From Yuukianura sp. NJ FZ-2021 (Eukaryota), in the NCBI GenBank assembly GCA_046563655.1, contig JAJCTO010000010.1, positions 868,001-932,000 on the forward strand: a stretch of 64,000 nt of DNA, read 5' to 3'. Positions 1 to 15,000 of the stretch are shown piece by piece. The translations under genes and the position numbers were made by a program. The notes under the pieces were generated by a model. The model did not search any database, was not told where the DNA came from, and was given only the letters and a program-made list of their open reading frames with translations. The stretch's first letter is position 1, and the number at the start of each line of letters is the position of its first letter.

Positions 1-3000
1 TTCGTTAAAACCATATTTCAGAAGGTTGGATAAACCGTACGTTACTCCGTTTTTATTATGCACCCCTCCAACACCAGAAAAATTACAACTGACTCTCAAA
101 TCATAATGTGTTTTCAACCGAACCTGCAAATGTACCTGTTTTATTGCGTTCAAACCCACTTTGCAGAAAGTTGGTATCTCGACAAGTTACCAGCACAATT
201 GCATGCCTGTATTTACTCAACCACAGCAGAAATAGTTTATGCTACAGGATGAGGCGACCCTCATTGATTATGAAATTTAGTGAAATATTCAGTTTCAATA
301 AAGCTACTTGGTTTCGGGGGCGTGTGACTGCTCTAAGTTAACAAAACGAGCTGCACTCTGTCTGGATCTTGTACGCGTTCCGGTGTCGATTTGTTGAGAT
401 GGCTTTTGTGTAGCAGGTATTCGCCTCAAGGAATTATAAACCACTCTAAAACCCAATAGTAACTAGCCTGGTTAGAAACCGCGCAATGCCATCACTGACA
501 ACAGCTAATGGATATTCAAGAGGAAATAAGTAAAAGTTTGAACGATATTTGAAACTACGAAGTCGGTTGCTTGATATAGTTCCAAGTTTGGTAACTTATA
601 AATGGTTTCTTGCAGCAAATTTTGTACGATTTGTATTTCCCAATAGCGTATTAGGCAAACTTTGAACCCAGGTATTTAAGATCGCCGCTCCGATGCGATG
701 AAACGTTCGTTAAAACCATATTTCAGAAGGTTGGATAAACCGTACGTTACTCCGTTTTTATTATGCACCCCTCCAACACCAGAAAAATTACAACTGACTC
801 TCAAATCATAATGTGTTTTCAACCGAACCTGCAAATGTACCTGTTTTATTGCGTTCAAACCCACTTTGCAGAAAGTTGGTATCTCGACAAGTTACCAGCA
901 CAATTGCATGCCTGTATTTACTCAACCACAGCAGAAATAGTTTATGCTACAGGATGAGGCGACCCTCATTGATTATGAAATTTAGTGAAATATTCAGTTT
1001 CAATAAAGCTACTTGGTTTCGGGGGCGTGTGACTGCTCTAAGTTAACAAAACGAGCTGCACTCTGTCTGGATCTTGTACGCGTTCCGGTGTCGATTTGTT
1101 GAGATGGCTTTTGTGTAGCAGGTATTCGCCTCAAGGAATTATAAACCACTCTAAAACCCAATAGTAACTAGCCTGGTTAGAAACCGCGCAATGCCATCAC
1201 TGACAACAGCTAATGGATATTCAAGAGGAAATAAGTAAAAGTTTGAACGATATTTGAAACTACGAAGTCGGTTGCTTGATATAGTTCCAAGTTTGGTAAC
1301 TTATAAATGGTTTCTTGCAGCAAATTTTGTACGATTTGTATTTCCCAATAGCGTATTAGGCAAACTTTGAACCCAGGTATTTAAGATCGCCGCTCCGATG
1401 CGATGAAACGTTCGTTAAAACCATATTTCAGAAGGTTGGATAAACCGTACGTTACTCCGTTTTTATTATGCACCCCTCCAACACCAGAAAAATTACAACT
1501 GACTCTCAAATCATAATGTGTTTTCAACCGAACCTGCAAATGTACCTGTTTTATTGCGTTCAAACCCACTTTGCAGAAAGTTGGTATCTCGACAAGTTAC
1601 CAGCACAATTGCATGCCTGTATTTACTCAACCACAGCAGAAATAGTTTATGCTACAGGATGAGGCGACCCTCATTGATTATGAAATTTAGTGAAATATTC
1701 AGTTTCAATAAAGCTACTTGGTTTCGGGGGCGTGTGACTGCTCTAAGTTAACAAAACGAGCTGCACTCTGTCTGGATCTTGTACGCGTTCCGGTGTCGAT
1801 TTGTTGAGATGGCTTTTGTGTAGCAGGTATTCGCCTCAAGGAATTATAAACCACTCTAAAACCCAATAGTAACTAGCCTGGTTAGAAACCGCGCAATGCC
1901 ATCACTGACAACAGCTAATGGATATTCAAGAGGAAATAAGTAAAAGTTTGAACGATATTTGAAACTACGAAGTCGGTTGCTTGATATAGTTCCAAGTTTG
2001 GTAACTTATAAATGGTTTCTTGCAGCAAATTTTGTACGATTTGTATTTCCCAATAGCGTATTAGGCAAACTTTGAACCCAGGTATTTAAGATCGCCGCTC
2101 CGATGCGATGAAACGTTCGTTAAAACCATATTTCAGAAGGTTGGATAAACCGTACGTTACTCCGTTTTTATTATGCACCCCTCCAACACCAGAAAAATTA
2201 CAACTGACTCTCAAATCATAATGTGTTTTCAACCGAACCTGCAAATGTACCTGTTTTATTGCGTTCAAACCCACTTTGCAGAAAGTTGGTATCTCGACAA
2301 GTTACCAGCACAATTGCATGCCTGTATTTACTCAACCACAGCAGAAATAGTTTATGCTACAGGATGAGGCGACCCTCATTGATTATGAAATTTAGTGAAA
2401 TATTCAGTTTCAATAAAGCTACTTGGTTTCGGGGGCGTGTGACTGCTCTAAGTTAACAAAACGAGCTGCACTCTGTCTGGATCTTGTACGCGTTCCGGTG
2501 TCGATTTGTTGAGATGGCTTTTGTGTAGCAGGTATTCGCCTCAAGGAATTATAAACCACTCTAAAACCCAATAGTAACTAGCCTGGTTAGAAACCGCGCA
2601 ATGCCATCACTGACAACAGCTAATGGATATTCAAGAGGAAATAAGTAAAAGTTTGAACGATATTTGAAACTACGAAGTCGGTTGCTTGATATAGTTCCAA
2701 GTTTGGTAACTTATAAATGGTTTCTTGCAGCAAATTTTGTACGATTTGTATTTCCCAATAGCGTATTAGGCAAACTTTGAACCCAGGTATTTAAGATCGC
2801 CGCTCCGATGCGATGAAACGTTCGTTAAAACCATATTTCAGAAGGTTGGATAAACCGTACGTTACTCCGTTTTTATTATGCACCCCTCCAACACCAGAAA
2901 AATTACAACTGACTCTCAAATCATAATGTGTTTTCAACCGAACCTGCAAATGTACCTGTTTTATTGCGTTCAAACCCACTTTGCAGAAAGTTGGTATCTC

Positions 3001-6000
3001 GACAAGTTACCAGCACAATTGCATGCCTGTATTTACTCAACCACAGCAGAAATAGTTTATGCTACAGGATGAGGCGACCCTCATTGATTATGAAATTTAG
3101 TGAAATATTCAGTTTCAATAAAGCTACTTGGTTTCGGGGGCGTGTGACTGCTCTAAGTTAACAAAACGAGCTGCACTCTGTCTGGATCTTGTACGCGTTC
3201 CGGTGTCGATTTGTTGAGATGGCTTTTGTGTAGCAGGTATTCGCCTCAAGGAATTATAAACCACTCTAAAACCCAATAGTAACTAGCCTGGTTAGAAACC
3301 GCGCAATGCCATCACTGACAACAGCTAATGGATATTCAAGAGGAAATAAGTAAAAGTTTGAACGATATTTGAAACTACGAAGTCGGTTGCTTGATATAGT
3401 TCCAAGTTTGGTAACTTATAAATGGTTTCTTGCAGCAAATTTTGTACGATTTGTATTTCCCAATAGCGTATTAGGCAAACTTTGAACCCAGGTATTTAAG
3501 ATCGCCGCTCCGATGCGATGAAACGTTCGTTAAAACCATATTTCAGAAGGTTGGATAAACCGTACGTTACTCCGTTTTTATTATGCACCCCTCCAACACC
3601 AGAAAAATTACAACTGACTCTCAAATCATAATGTGTTTTCAACCGAACCTGCAAATGTACCTGTTTTATTGCGTTCAAACCCACTTTGCAGAAAGTTGGT
3701 ATCTCGACAAGTTACCAGCACAATTGCATGCCTGTATTTACTCAACCACAGCAGAAATAGTTTATGCTACAGGATGAGGCGACCCTCATTGATTATGAAA
3801 TTTAGTGAAATATTCAGTTTCAATAAAGCTACTTGGTTTCGGGGGCGTGTGACTGCTCTAAGTTAACAAAACGAGCTGCACTCTGTCTGGATCTTGTACG
3901 CGTTCCGGTGTCGATTTGTTGAGATGGCTTTTGTGTAGCAGGTATTCGCCTCAAGGAATTATAAACCACTCTAAAACCCAATAGTAACTAGCCTGGTTAG
4001 AAACCGCGCAATGCCATCACTGACAACAGCTAATGGATATTCAAGAGGAAATAAGTAAAAGTTTGAACGATATTTGAAACTACGAAGTCGGTTGCTTGAT
4101 ATAGTTCCAAGTTTGGTAACTTATAAATGGTTTCTTGCAGCAAATTTTGTACGATTTGTATTTCCCAATAGCGTATTAGGCAAACTTTGAACCCAGGTAT
4201 TTAAGATCGCCGCTCCGATGCGATGAAACGTTCGTTAAAACCATATTTCAGAAGGTTGGATAAACCGTACGTTACTCCGTTTTTATTATGCACCCCTCCA
4301 ACACCAGAAAAATTACAACTGACTCTCAAATCATAATGTGTTTTCAACCGAACCTGCAAATGTACCTGTTTTATTGCGTTCAAACCCACTTTGCAGAAAG
4401 TTGGTATCTCGACAAGTTACCAGCACAATTGCATGCCTGTATTTACTCAACCACAGCAGAAATAGTTTATGCTACAGGATGAGGCGACCCTCATTGATTA
4501 TGAAATTTAGTGAAATATTCAGTTTCAATAAAGCTACTTGGTTTCGGGGGCGTGTGACTGCTCTAAGTTAACAAAACGAGCTGCACTCTGTCTGGATCTT
4601 GTACGCGTTCCGGTGTCGATTTGTTGAGATGGCTTTTGTGTAGCAGGTATTCGCCTCAAGGAATTATAAACCACTCTAAAACCCAATAGTAACTAGCCTG
4701 GTTAGAAACCGCGCAATGCCATCACTGACAACAGCTAATGGATATTCAAGAGGAAATAAGTAAAAGTTTGAACGATATTTGAAACTACGAAGTCGGTTGC
4801 TTGATATAGTTCCAAGTTTGGTAACTTATAAATGGTTTCTTGCAGCAAATTTTGTACGATTTGTATTTCCCAATAGCGTATTAGGCAAACTTTGAACCCA
4901 GGTATTTAAGATCGCCGCTCCGATGCGATGAAACGTTCGTTAAAACCATATTTCAGAAGGTTGGATAAACCGTACGTTACTCCGTTTTTATTATGCACCC
5001 CTCCAACACCAGAAAAATTACAACTGACTCTCAAATCATAATGTGTTTTCAACCGAACCTGCAAATGTACCTGTTTTATTGCGTTCAAACCCACTTTGCA
5101 GAAAGTTGGTATCTCGACAAGTTACCAGCACAATTGCATGCCTGTATTTACTCAACCACAGCAGAAATAGTTTATGCTACAGGATGAGGCGACCCTCATT
5201 GATTATGAAATTTAGTGAAATATTCAGTTTCAATAAAGCTACTTGGTTTCGGGGGCGTGTGACTGCTCTAAGTTAACAAAACGAGCTGCACTCTGTCTGG
5301 ATCTTGTACGCGTTCCGGTGTCGATTTGTTGAGATGGCTTTTGTGTAGCAGGTATTCGCCTCAAGGAATTATAAACCACTCTAAAACCCAATAGTAACTA
5401 GCCTGGTTAGAAACCGCGCAATGCCATCACTGACAACAGCTAATGGATATTCAAGAGGAAATAAGTAAAAGTTTGAACGATATTTGAAACTACGAAGTCG
5501 GTTGCTTGATATAGTTCCAAGTTTGGTAACTTATAAATGGTTTCTTGCAGCAAATTTTGTACGATTTGTATTTCCCAATAGCGTATTAGGCAAACTTTGA
5601 ACCCAGGTATTTAAGATCGCCGCTCCGATGCGATGAAACGTTCGTTAAAACCATATTTCAGAAGGTTGGATAAACCGTACGTTACTCCGTTTTTATTATG
5701 CACCCCTCCAACACCAGAAAAATTACAACTGACTCTCAAATCATAATGTGTTTTCAACCGAACCTGCAAATGTACCTGTTTTATTGCGTTCAAACCCACT
5801 TTGCAGAAAGTTGGTATCTCGACAAGTTACCAGCACAATTGCATGCCTGTATTTACTCAACCACAGCAGAAATAGTTTATGCTACAGGATGAGGCGACCC
5901 TCATTGATTATGAAATTTAGTGAAATATTCAGTTTCAATAAAGCTACTTGGTTTCGGGGGCGTGTGACTGCTCTAAGTTAACAAAACGAGCTGCACTCTG

Positions 6001-9000
6001 TCTGGATCTTGTACGCGTTCCGGTGTCGATTTGTTGAGATGGCTTTTGTGTAGCAGGTATTCGCCTCAAGGAATTATAAACCACTCTAAAACCCAATAGT
6101 AACTAGCCTGGTTAGAAACCGCGCAATGCCATCACTGACAACAGCTAATGGATATTCAAGAGGAAATAAGTAAAAGTTTGAACGATATTTGAAACTACGA
6201 AGTCGGTTGCTTGATATAGTTCCAAGTTTGGTAACTTATAAATGGTTTCTTGCAGCAAATTTTGTACGATTTGTATTTCCCAATAGCGTATTAGGCAAAC
6301 TTTGAACCCAGGTATTTAAGATCGCCGCTCCGATGCGATGAAACGTTCGTTAAAACCATATTTCAGAAGGTTGGATAAACCGTACGTTACTCCGTTTTTA
6401 TTATGCACCCCTCCAACACCAGAAAAATTACAACTGACTCTCAAATCATAATGTGTTTTCAACCGAACCTGCAAATGTACCTGTTTTATTGCGTTCAAAC
6501 CCACTTTGCAGAAAGTTGGTATCTCGACAAGTTACCAGCACAATTGCATGCCTGTATTTACTCAACCACAGCAGAAATAGTTTATGCTACAGGATGAGGC
6601 GACCCTCATTGATTATGAAATTTAGTGAAATATTCAGTTTCAATAAAGCTACTTGGTTTCGGGGGCGTGTGACTGCTCTAAGTTAACAAAACGAGCTGCA
6701 CTCTGTCTGGATCTTGTACGCGTTCCGGTGTCGATTTGTTGAGATGGCTTTTGTGTAGCAGGTATTCGCCTCAAGGAATTATAAACCACTCTAAAACCCA
6801 ATAGTAACTAGCCTGGTTAGAAACCGCGCAATGCCATCACTGACAACAGCTAATGGATATTCAAGAGGAAATAAGTAAAAGTTTGAACGATATTTGAAAC
6901 TACGAAGTCGGTTGCTTGATATAGTTCCAAGTTTGGTAACTTATAAATGGTTTCTTGCAGCAAATTTTGTACGATTTGTATTTCCCAATAGCGTATTAGG
7001 CAAACTTTGAACCCAGGTATTTAAGATCGCCGCTCCGATGCGATGAAACGTTCGTTAAAACCATATTTCAGAAGGTTGGATAAACCGTACGTTACTCCGT
7101 TTTTATTATGCACCCCTCCAACACCAGAAAAATTACAACTGACTCTCAAATCATAATGTGTTTTCAACCGAACCTGCAAATGTACCTGTTTTATTGCGTT
7201 CAAACCCACTTTGCAGAAAGTTGGTATCTCGACAAGTTACCAGCACAATTGCATGCCTGTATTTACTCAACCACAGCAGAAATAGTTTATGCTACAGGAT
7301 GAGGCGACCCTCATTGATTATGAAATTTAGTGAAATATTCAGTTTCAATAAAGCTACTTGGTTTCGGGGGCGTGTGACTGCTCTAAGTTAACAAAACGAG
7401 CTGCACTCTGTCTGGATCTTGTACGCGTTCCGGTGTCGATTTGTTGAGATGGCTTTTGTGTAGCAGGTATTCGCCTCAAGGAATTATAAACCACTCTAAA
7501 ACCCAATAGTAACTAGCCTGGTTAGAAACCGCGCAATGCCATCACTGACAACAGCTAATGGATATTCAAGAGGAAATAAGTAAAAGTTTGAACGATATTT
7601 GAAACTACGAAGTCGGTTGCTTGATATAGTTCCAAGTTTGGTAACTTATAAATGGTTTCTTGCAGCAAATTTTGTACGATTTGTATTTCCCAATAGCGTA
7701 TTAGGCAAACTTTGAACCCAGGTATTTAAGATCGCCGCTCCGATGCGATGAAACGTTCGTTAAAACCATATTTCAGAAGGTTGGATAAACCGTACGTTAC
7801 TCCGTTTTTATTATGCACCCCTCCAACACCAGAAAAATTACAACTGACTCTCAAATCATAATGTGTTTTCAACCGAACCTGCAAATGTACCTGTTTTATT
7901 GCGTTCAAACCCACTTTGCAGAAAGTTGGTATCTCGACAAGTTACCAGCACAATTGCATGCCTGTATTTACTCAACCACAGCAGAAATAGTTTATGCTAC
8001 AGGATGAGGCGACCCTCATTGATTATGAAATTTAGTGAAATATTCAGTTTCAATAAAGCTACTTGGTTTCGGGGGCGTGTGACTGCTCTAAGTTAACAAA
8101 ACGAGCTGCACTCTGTCTGGATCTTGTACGCGTTCCGGTGTCGATTTGTTGAGATGGCTTTTGTGTAGCAGGTATTCGCCTCAAGGAATTATAAACCACT
8201 CTAAAACCCAATAGTAACTAGCCTGGTTAGAAACCGCGCAATGCCATCACTGACAACAGCTAATGGATATTCAAGAGGAAATAAGTAAAAGTTTGAACGA
8301 TATTTGAAACTACGAAGTCGGTTGCTTGATATAGTTCCAAGTTTGGTAACTTATAAATGGTTTCTTGCAGCAAATTTTGTACGATTTGTATTTCCCAATA
8401 GCGTATTAGGCAAACTTTGAACCCAGGTATTTAAGATCGCCGCTCCGATGCGATGAAACGTTCGTTAAAACCATATTTCAGAAGGTTGGATAAACCGTAC
8501 GTTACTCCGTTTTTATTATGCACCCCTCCAACACCAGAAAAATTACAACTGACTCTCAAATCATAATGTGTTTTCAACCGAACCTGCAAATGTACCTGTT
8601 TTATTGCGTTCAAACCCACTTTGCAGAAAGTTGGTATCTCGACAAGTTACCAGCACAATTGCATGCCTGTATTTACTCAACCACAGCAGAAATAGTTTAT
8701 GCTACAGGATGAGGCGACCCTCATTGATTATGAAATTTAGTGAAATATTCAGTTTCAATAAAGCTACTTGGTTTCGGGGGCGTGTGACTGCTCTAAGTTA
8801 ACAAAACGAGCTGCACTCTGTCTGGATCTTGTACGCGTTCCGGTGTCGATTTGTTGAGATGGCTTTTGTGTAGCAGGTATTCGCCTCAAGGAATTATAAA
8901 CCACTCTAAAACCCAATAGTAACTAGCCTGGTTAGAAACCGCGCAATGCCATCACTGACAACAGCTAATGGATATTCAAGAGGAAATAAGTAAAAGTTTG

Positions 9001-12000
9001 AACGATATTTGAAACTACGAAGTCGGTTGCTTGATATAGTTCCAAGTTTGGTAACTTATAAATGGTTTCTTGCAGCAAATTTTGTACGATTTGTATTTCC
9101 CAATAGCGTATTAGGCAAACTTTGAACCCAGGTATTTAAGATCGCCGCTCCGATGCGATGAAACGTTCGTTAAAACCATATTTCAGAAGGTTGGATAAAC
9201 CGTACGTTACTCCGTTTTTATTATGCACCCCTCCAACACCAGAAAAATTACAACTGACTCTCAAATCATAATGTGTTTTCAACCGAACCTGCAAATGTAC
9301 CTGTTTTATTGCGTTCAAACCCACTTTGCAGAAAGTTGGTATCTCGACAAGTTACCAGCACAATTGCATGCCTGTATTTACTCAACCACAGCAGAAATAG
9401 TTTATGCTACAGGATGAGGCGACCCTCATTGATTATGAAATTTAGTGAAATATTCAGTTTCAATAAAGCTACTTGGTTTCGGGGGCGTGTGACTGCTCTA
9501 AGTTAACAAAACGAGCTGCACTCTGTCTGGATCTTGTACGCGTTCCGGTGTCGATTTGTTGAGATGGCTTTTGTGTAGCAGGTATTCGCCTCAAGGAATT
9601 ATAAACCACTCTAAAACCCAATAGTAACTAGCCTGGTTAGAAACCGCGCAATGCCATCACTGACAACAGCTAATGGATATTCAAGAGGAAATAAGTAAAA
9701 GTTTGAACGATATTTGAAACTACGAAGTCGGTTGCTTGATATAGTTCCAAGTTTGGTAACTTATAAATGGTTTCTTGCAGCAAATTTTGTACGATTTGTA
9801 TTTCCCAATAGCGTATTAGGCAAACTTTGAACCCAGGTATTTAAGATCGCCGCTCCGATGCGATGAAACGTTCGTTAAAACCATATTTCAGAAGGTTGGA
9901 TAAACCGTACGTTACTCCGTTTTTATTATGCACCCCTCCAACACCAGAAAAATTACAACTGACTCTCAAATCATAATGTGTTTTCAACCGAACCTGCAAA
10001 TGTACCTGTTTTATTGCGTTCAAACCCACTTTGCAGAAAGTTGGTATCTCGACAAGTTACCAGCACAATTGCATGCCTGTATTTACTCAACCACAGCAGA
10101 AATAGTTTATGCTACAGGATGAGGCGACCCTCATTGATTATGAAATTTAGTGAAATATTCAGTTTCAATAAAGCTACTTGGTTTCGGGGGCGTGTGACTG
10201 CTCTAAGTTAACAAAACGAGCTGCACTCTGTCTGGATCTTGTACGCGTTCCGGTGTCGATTTGTTGAGATGGCTTTTGTGTAGCAGGTATTCGCCTCAAG
10301 GAATTATAAACCACTCTAAAACCCAATAGTAACTAGCCTGGTTAGAAACCGCGCAATGCCATCACTGACAACAGCTAATGGATATTCAAGAGGAAATAAG
10401 TAAAAGTTTGAACGATATTTGAAACTACGAAGTCGGTTGCTTGATATAGTTCCAAGTTTGGTAACTTATAAATGGTTTCTTGCAGCAAATTTTGTACGAT
10501 TTGTATTTCCCAATAGCGTATTAGGCAAACTTTGAACCCAGGTATTTAAGATCGCCGCTCCGATGCGATGAAACGTTCGTTAAAACCATATTTCAGAAGG
10601 TTGGATAAACCGTACGTTACTCCGTTTTTATTATGCACCCCTCCAACACCAGAAAAATTACAACTGACTCTCAAATCATAATGTGTTTTCAACCGAACCT
10701 GCAAATGTACCTGTTTTATTGCGTTCAAACCCACTTTGCAGAAAGTTGGTATCTCGACAAGTTACCAGCACAATTGCATGCCTGTATTTACTCAACCACA
10801 GCAGAAATAGTTTATGCTACAGGATGAGGCGACCCTCATTGATTATGAAATTTAGTGAAATATTCAGTTTCAATAAAGCTACTTGGTTTCGGGGGCGTGT
10901 GACTGCTCTAAGTTAACAAAACGAGCTGCACTCTGTCTGGATCTTGTACGCGTTCCGGTGTCGATTTGTTGAGATGGCTTTTGTGTAGCAGGTATTCGCC
11001 TCAAGGAATTATAAACCACTCTAAAACCCAATAGTAACTAGCCTGGTTAGAAACCGCGCAATGCCATCACTGACAACAGCTAATGGATATTCAAGAGGAA
11101 ATAAGTAAAAGTTTGAACGATATTTGAAACTACGAAGTCGGTTGCTTGATATAGTTCCAAGTTTGGTAACTTATAAATGGTTTCTTGCAGCAAATTTTGT
11201 ACGATTTGTATTTCCCAATAGCGTATTAGGCAAACTTTGAACCCAGGTATTTAAGATCGCCGCTCCGATGCGATGAAACGTTCGTTAAAACCATATTTCA
11301 GAAGGTTGGATAAACCGTACGTTACTCCGTTTTTATTATGCACCCCTCCAACACCAGAAAAATTACAACTGACTCTCAAATCATAATGTGTTTTCAACCG
11401 AACCTGCAAATGTACCTGTTTTATTGCGTTCAAACCCACTTTGCAGAAAGTTGGTATCTCGACAAGTTACCAGCACAATTGCATGCCTGTATTTACTCAA
11501 CCACAGCAGAAATAGTTTATGCTACAGGATGAGGCGACCCTCATTGATTATGAAATTTAGTGAAATATTCAGTTTCAATAAAGCTACTTGGTTTCGGGGG
11601 CGTGTGACTGCTCTAAGTTAACAAAACGAGCTGCACTCTGTCTGGATCTTGTACGCGTTCCGGTGTCGATTTGTTGAGATGGCTTTTGTGTAGCAGGTAT
11701 TCGCCTCAAGGAATTATAAACCACTCTAAAACCCAATAGTAACTAGCCTGGTTAGAAACCGCGCAATGCCATCACTGACAACAGCTAATGGATATTCAAG
11801 AGGAAATAAGTAAAAGTTTGAACGATATTTGAAACTACGAAGTCGGTTGCTTGATATAGTTCCAAGTTTGGTAACTTATAAATGGTTTCTTGCAGCAAAT
11901 TTTGTACGATTTGTATTTCCCAATAGCGTATTAGGCAAACTTTGAACCCAGGTATTTAAGATCGCCGCTCCGATGCGATGAAACGTTCGTTAAAACCATA

Positions 12001-15000
12001 TTTCAGAAGGTTGGATAAACCGTACGTTACTCCGTTTTTATTATGCACCCCTCCAACACCAGAAAAATTACAACTGACTCTCAAATCATAATGTGTTTTC
12101 AACCGAACCTGCAAATGTACCTGTTTTATTGCGTTCAAACCCACTTTGCAGAAAGTTGGTATCTCGACAAGTTACCAGCACAATTGCATGCCTGTATTTA
12201 CTCAACCACAGCAGAAATAGTTTATGCTACAGGATGAGGCGACCCTCATTGATTATGAAATTTAGTGAAATATTCAGTTTCAATAAAGCTACTTGGTTTC
12301 GGGGGCGTGTGACTGCTCTAAGTTAACAAAACGAGCTGCACTCTGTCTGGATCTTGTACGCGTTCCGGTGTCGATTTGTTGAGATGGCTTTTGTGTAGCA
12401 GGTATTCGCCTCAAGGAATTATAAACCACTCTAAAACCCAATAGTAACTAGCCTGGTTAGAAACCGCGCAATGCCATCACTGACAACAGCTAATGGATAT
12501 TCAAGAGGAAATAAGTAAAAGTTTGAACGATATTTGAAACTACGAAGTCGGTTGCTTGATATAGTTCCAAGTTTGGTAACTTATAAATGGTTTCTTGCAG
12601 CAAATTTTGTACGATTTGTATTTCCCAATAGCGTATTAGGCAAACTTTGAACCCAGGTATTTAAGATCGCCGCTCCGATGCGATGAAACGTTCGTTAAAA
12701 CCATATTTCAGAAGGTTGGATAAACCGTACGTTACTCCGTTTTTATTATGCACCCCTCCAACACCAGAAAAATTACAACTGACTCTCAAATCATAATGTG
12801 TTTTCAACCGAACCTGCAAATGTACCTGTTTTATTGCGTTCAAACCCACTTTGCAGAAAGTTGGTATCTCGACAAGTTACCAGCACAATTGCATGCCTGT
12901 ATTTACTCAACCACAGCAGAAATAGTTTATGCTACAGGATGAGGCGACCCTCATTGATTATGAAATTTAGTGAAATATTCAGTTTCAATAAAGCTACTTG
13001 GTTTCGGGGGCGTGTGACTGCTCTAAGTTAACAAAACGAGCTGCACTCTGTCTGGATCTTGTACGCGTTCCGGTGTCGATTTGTTGAGATAGCTTTTGTG
13101 TAGCAGGTATTCGCCTCAAGGAATTATAAACCACTCTAAAACCCAATAGTAACTAGCCTGGTTAGAAACCGCGCAATGCCATCACTGACAACAGCTAATG
13201 GATATTCAAGAGGAAATAAGTAAAAGTTTGAACGATATTTGAAACTACGAAGTCGGTTGCTTGATATAGTTCCAAGTTTGGTAACTTATAAATGGTTTCT
13301 TGCAGCAAATTTTGTACGATTTGTATTTCCCAATAGCGTATTAGGCAAACTTTGAACCCAGGTATTTAAGATCGCCGCTCCGATGCGATGAAACGTTCGT
13401 TAAAACCATATTTCAGAAGGTTGGATAAACCGTACGTTACTCCGTTTTTATTATGCACCCCTCCAACACCAGAAAAATTACAACTGACTCTCAAATCATA
13501 ATGTGTTTTCAACCGAACCTGCAAATGTACCTGTTTTATTGCGTTCAAACCCACTTTGCAGAAAGTTGGTATCTCGACAAGTTACCAGCACAATTGCATG
13601 CCTGTATTTACTCAACCACAGCAGAAATAGTTTATGCTACAGGATGAGGCGACCCTCATTGATTATGAAATTTAGTGAAATATTCAGTTTCAATAAAGCT
13701 ACTTGGTTTCGGGGGCGTGTGACTGCTCTAAGTTAACAAAACGAGCTGCACTCTGTCTGGATCTTGTACGCGTTCCGGTGTCGATTTGTTGAGATGGCTT
13801 TTGTGTAGCAGGTATTCGCCTCAAGGAATTATAAACCACTCTAAAACCCAATAGTAACTAGCCTGGTTAGAAACCGCGCAATGCCATCACTGACAACAGC
13901 TAATGGATATTCAAGAGGAAATAAGTAAAAGTTTGAACGATATTTGAAACTACGAAGTCGGTTGCTTGATATAGTTCCAAGTTTGGTAACTTATAAATGG
14001 TTTCTTGCAGCAAATTTTGTACGATTTGTATTTCCCAATAGCGTATTAGGCAAACTTTGAACCCAGGTATTTAAGATCGCCGCTCCGATGCGATGAAACG
14101 TTCGTTAAAACCATATTTCAGAAGGTTGGATAAACCATACGTTACTCCGTTTTTATTATGCACCCCTCCAACACCAGAAAAATTACAACTGACTCTCAAA
14201 TCATAATGTGTTTTCAACCGAACCCGCAAATGTACCTGTTTTATTGCGTTCAAACCCACTTTGCAGAAAGTTGGTATCTCGACAAGTTACCAGCACAATT
14301 GCATGCCTGTATTTACTCAACCACAGCAGAAATAGTTTATGCTACAGGATGAGGCGACCCTCATTGATTATGAAATTTAGTGAAATATTCAGTTTCAATA
14401 AAGCTACTTGGTTTCGGGGGCGTGTGACTGCTCTAAGTTAACAAAACGAGCTGCACTCTGTCTGGATCTTGTACGCGTTCCGGTGTCGATTTGTTGAGAT
14501 GGCTTTTGTGTAGCAGGTATTCGCCTCAAGGAATTATAAACCACTCTAAAACCCAATAGTAACTAGCCTGGTTAGAAACCGCGCAATGCCATCACTGACA
14601 ACAGCTAATGGATATTCAAGAGGAAATAAGTAAAAGTTTGAACGATATTTGAAACTACGAAGTCGGTTGCTTGATATAGTTCCAAGTTTGGTAACTTATA
14701 AATGGTTTCTTGCAGCAAATTTTGTACGATTTGTATTTCCCAATAGCGTATTAGGCAAACTTTGAACCCAGGTATTTAAGATCGCCGCTCCGATGCGATG
14801 AAACGTTCGTTAAAACCATATTTCAGAAGGTTGGATAAACCGTACGTTACTCCGTTTTTATTATGCACCCCTCCAACACCAGAAAAATTACAACTGACTC
14901 TCAAATCATAATGTGTTTTCAACCGAACCTGCAAATGTACCTGTTTTATTGCGTTCAAACCCACTTTGCAGAAAGTTGGTATCTCGACAAGTTACCAGCA

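Noticed and set aside
414..675. CAGGTAT (Zelda/TAGteam-like) motifs twice per satellite unit
   Set aside because: Short motif, host unknown, not distinguishable from chance.
1..705. Hammerhead ribozyme in the satellite, as known from some animal satellites
   Set aside because: No CTGANGA core found on either strand of the unit.
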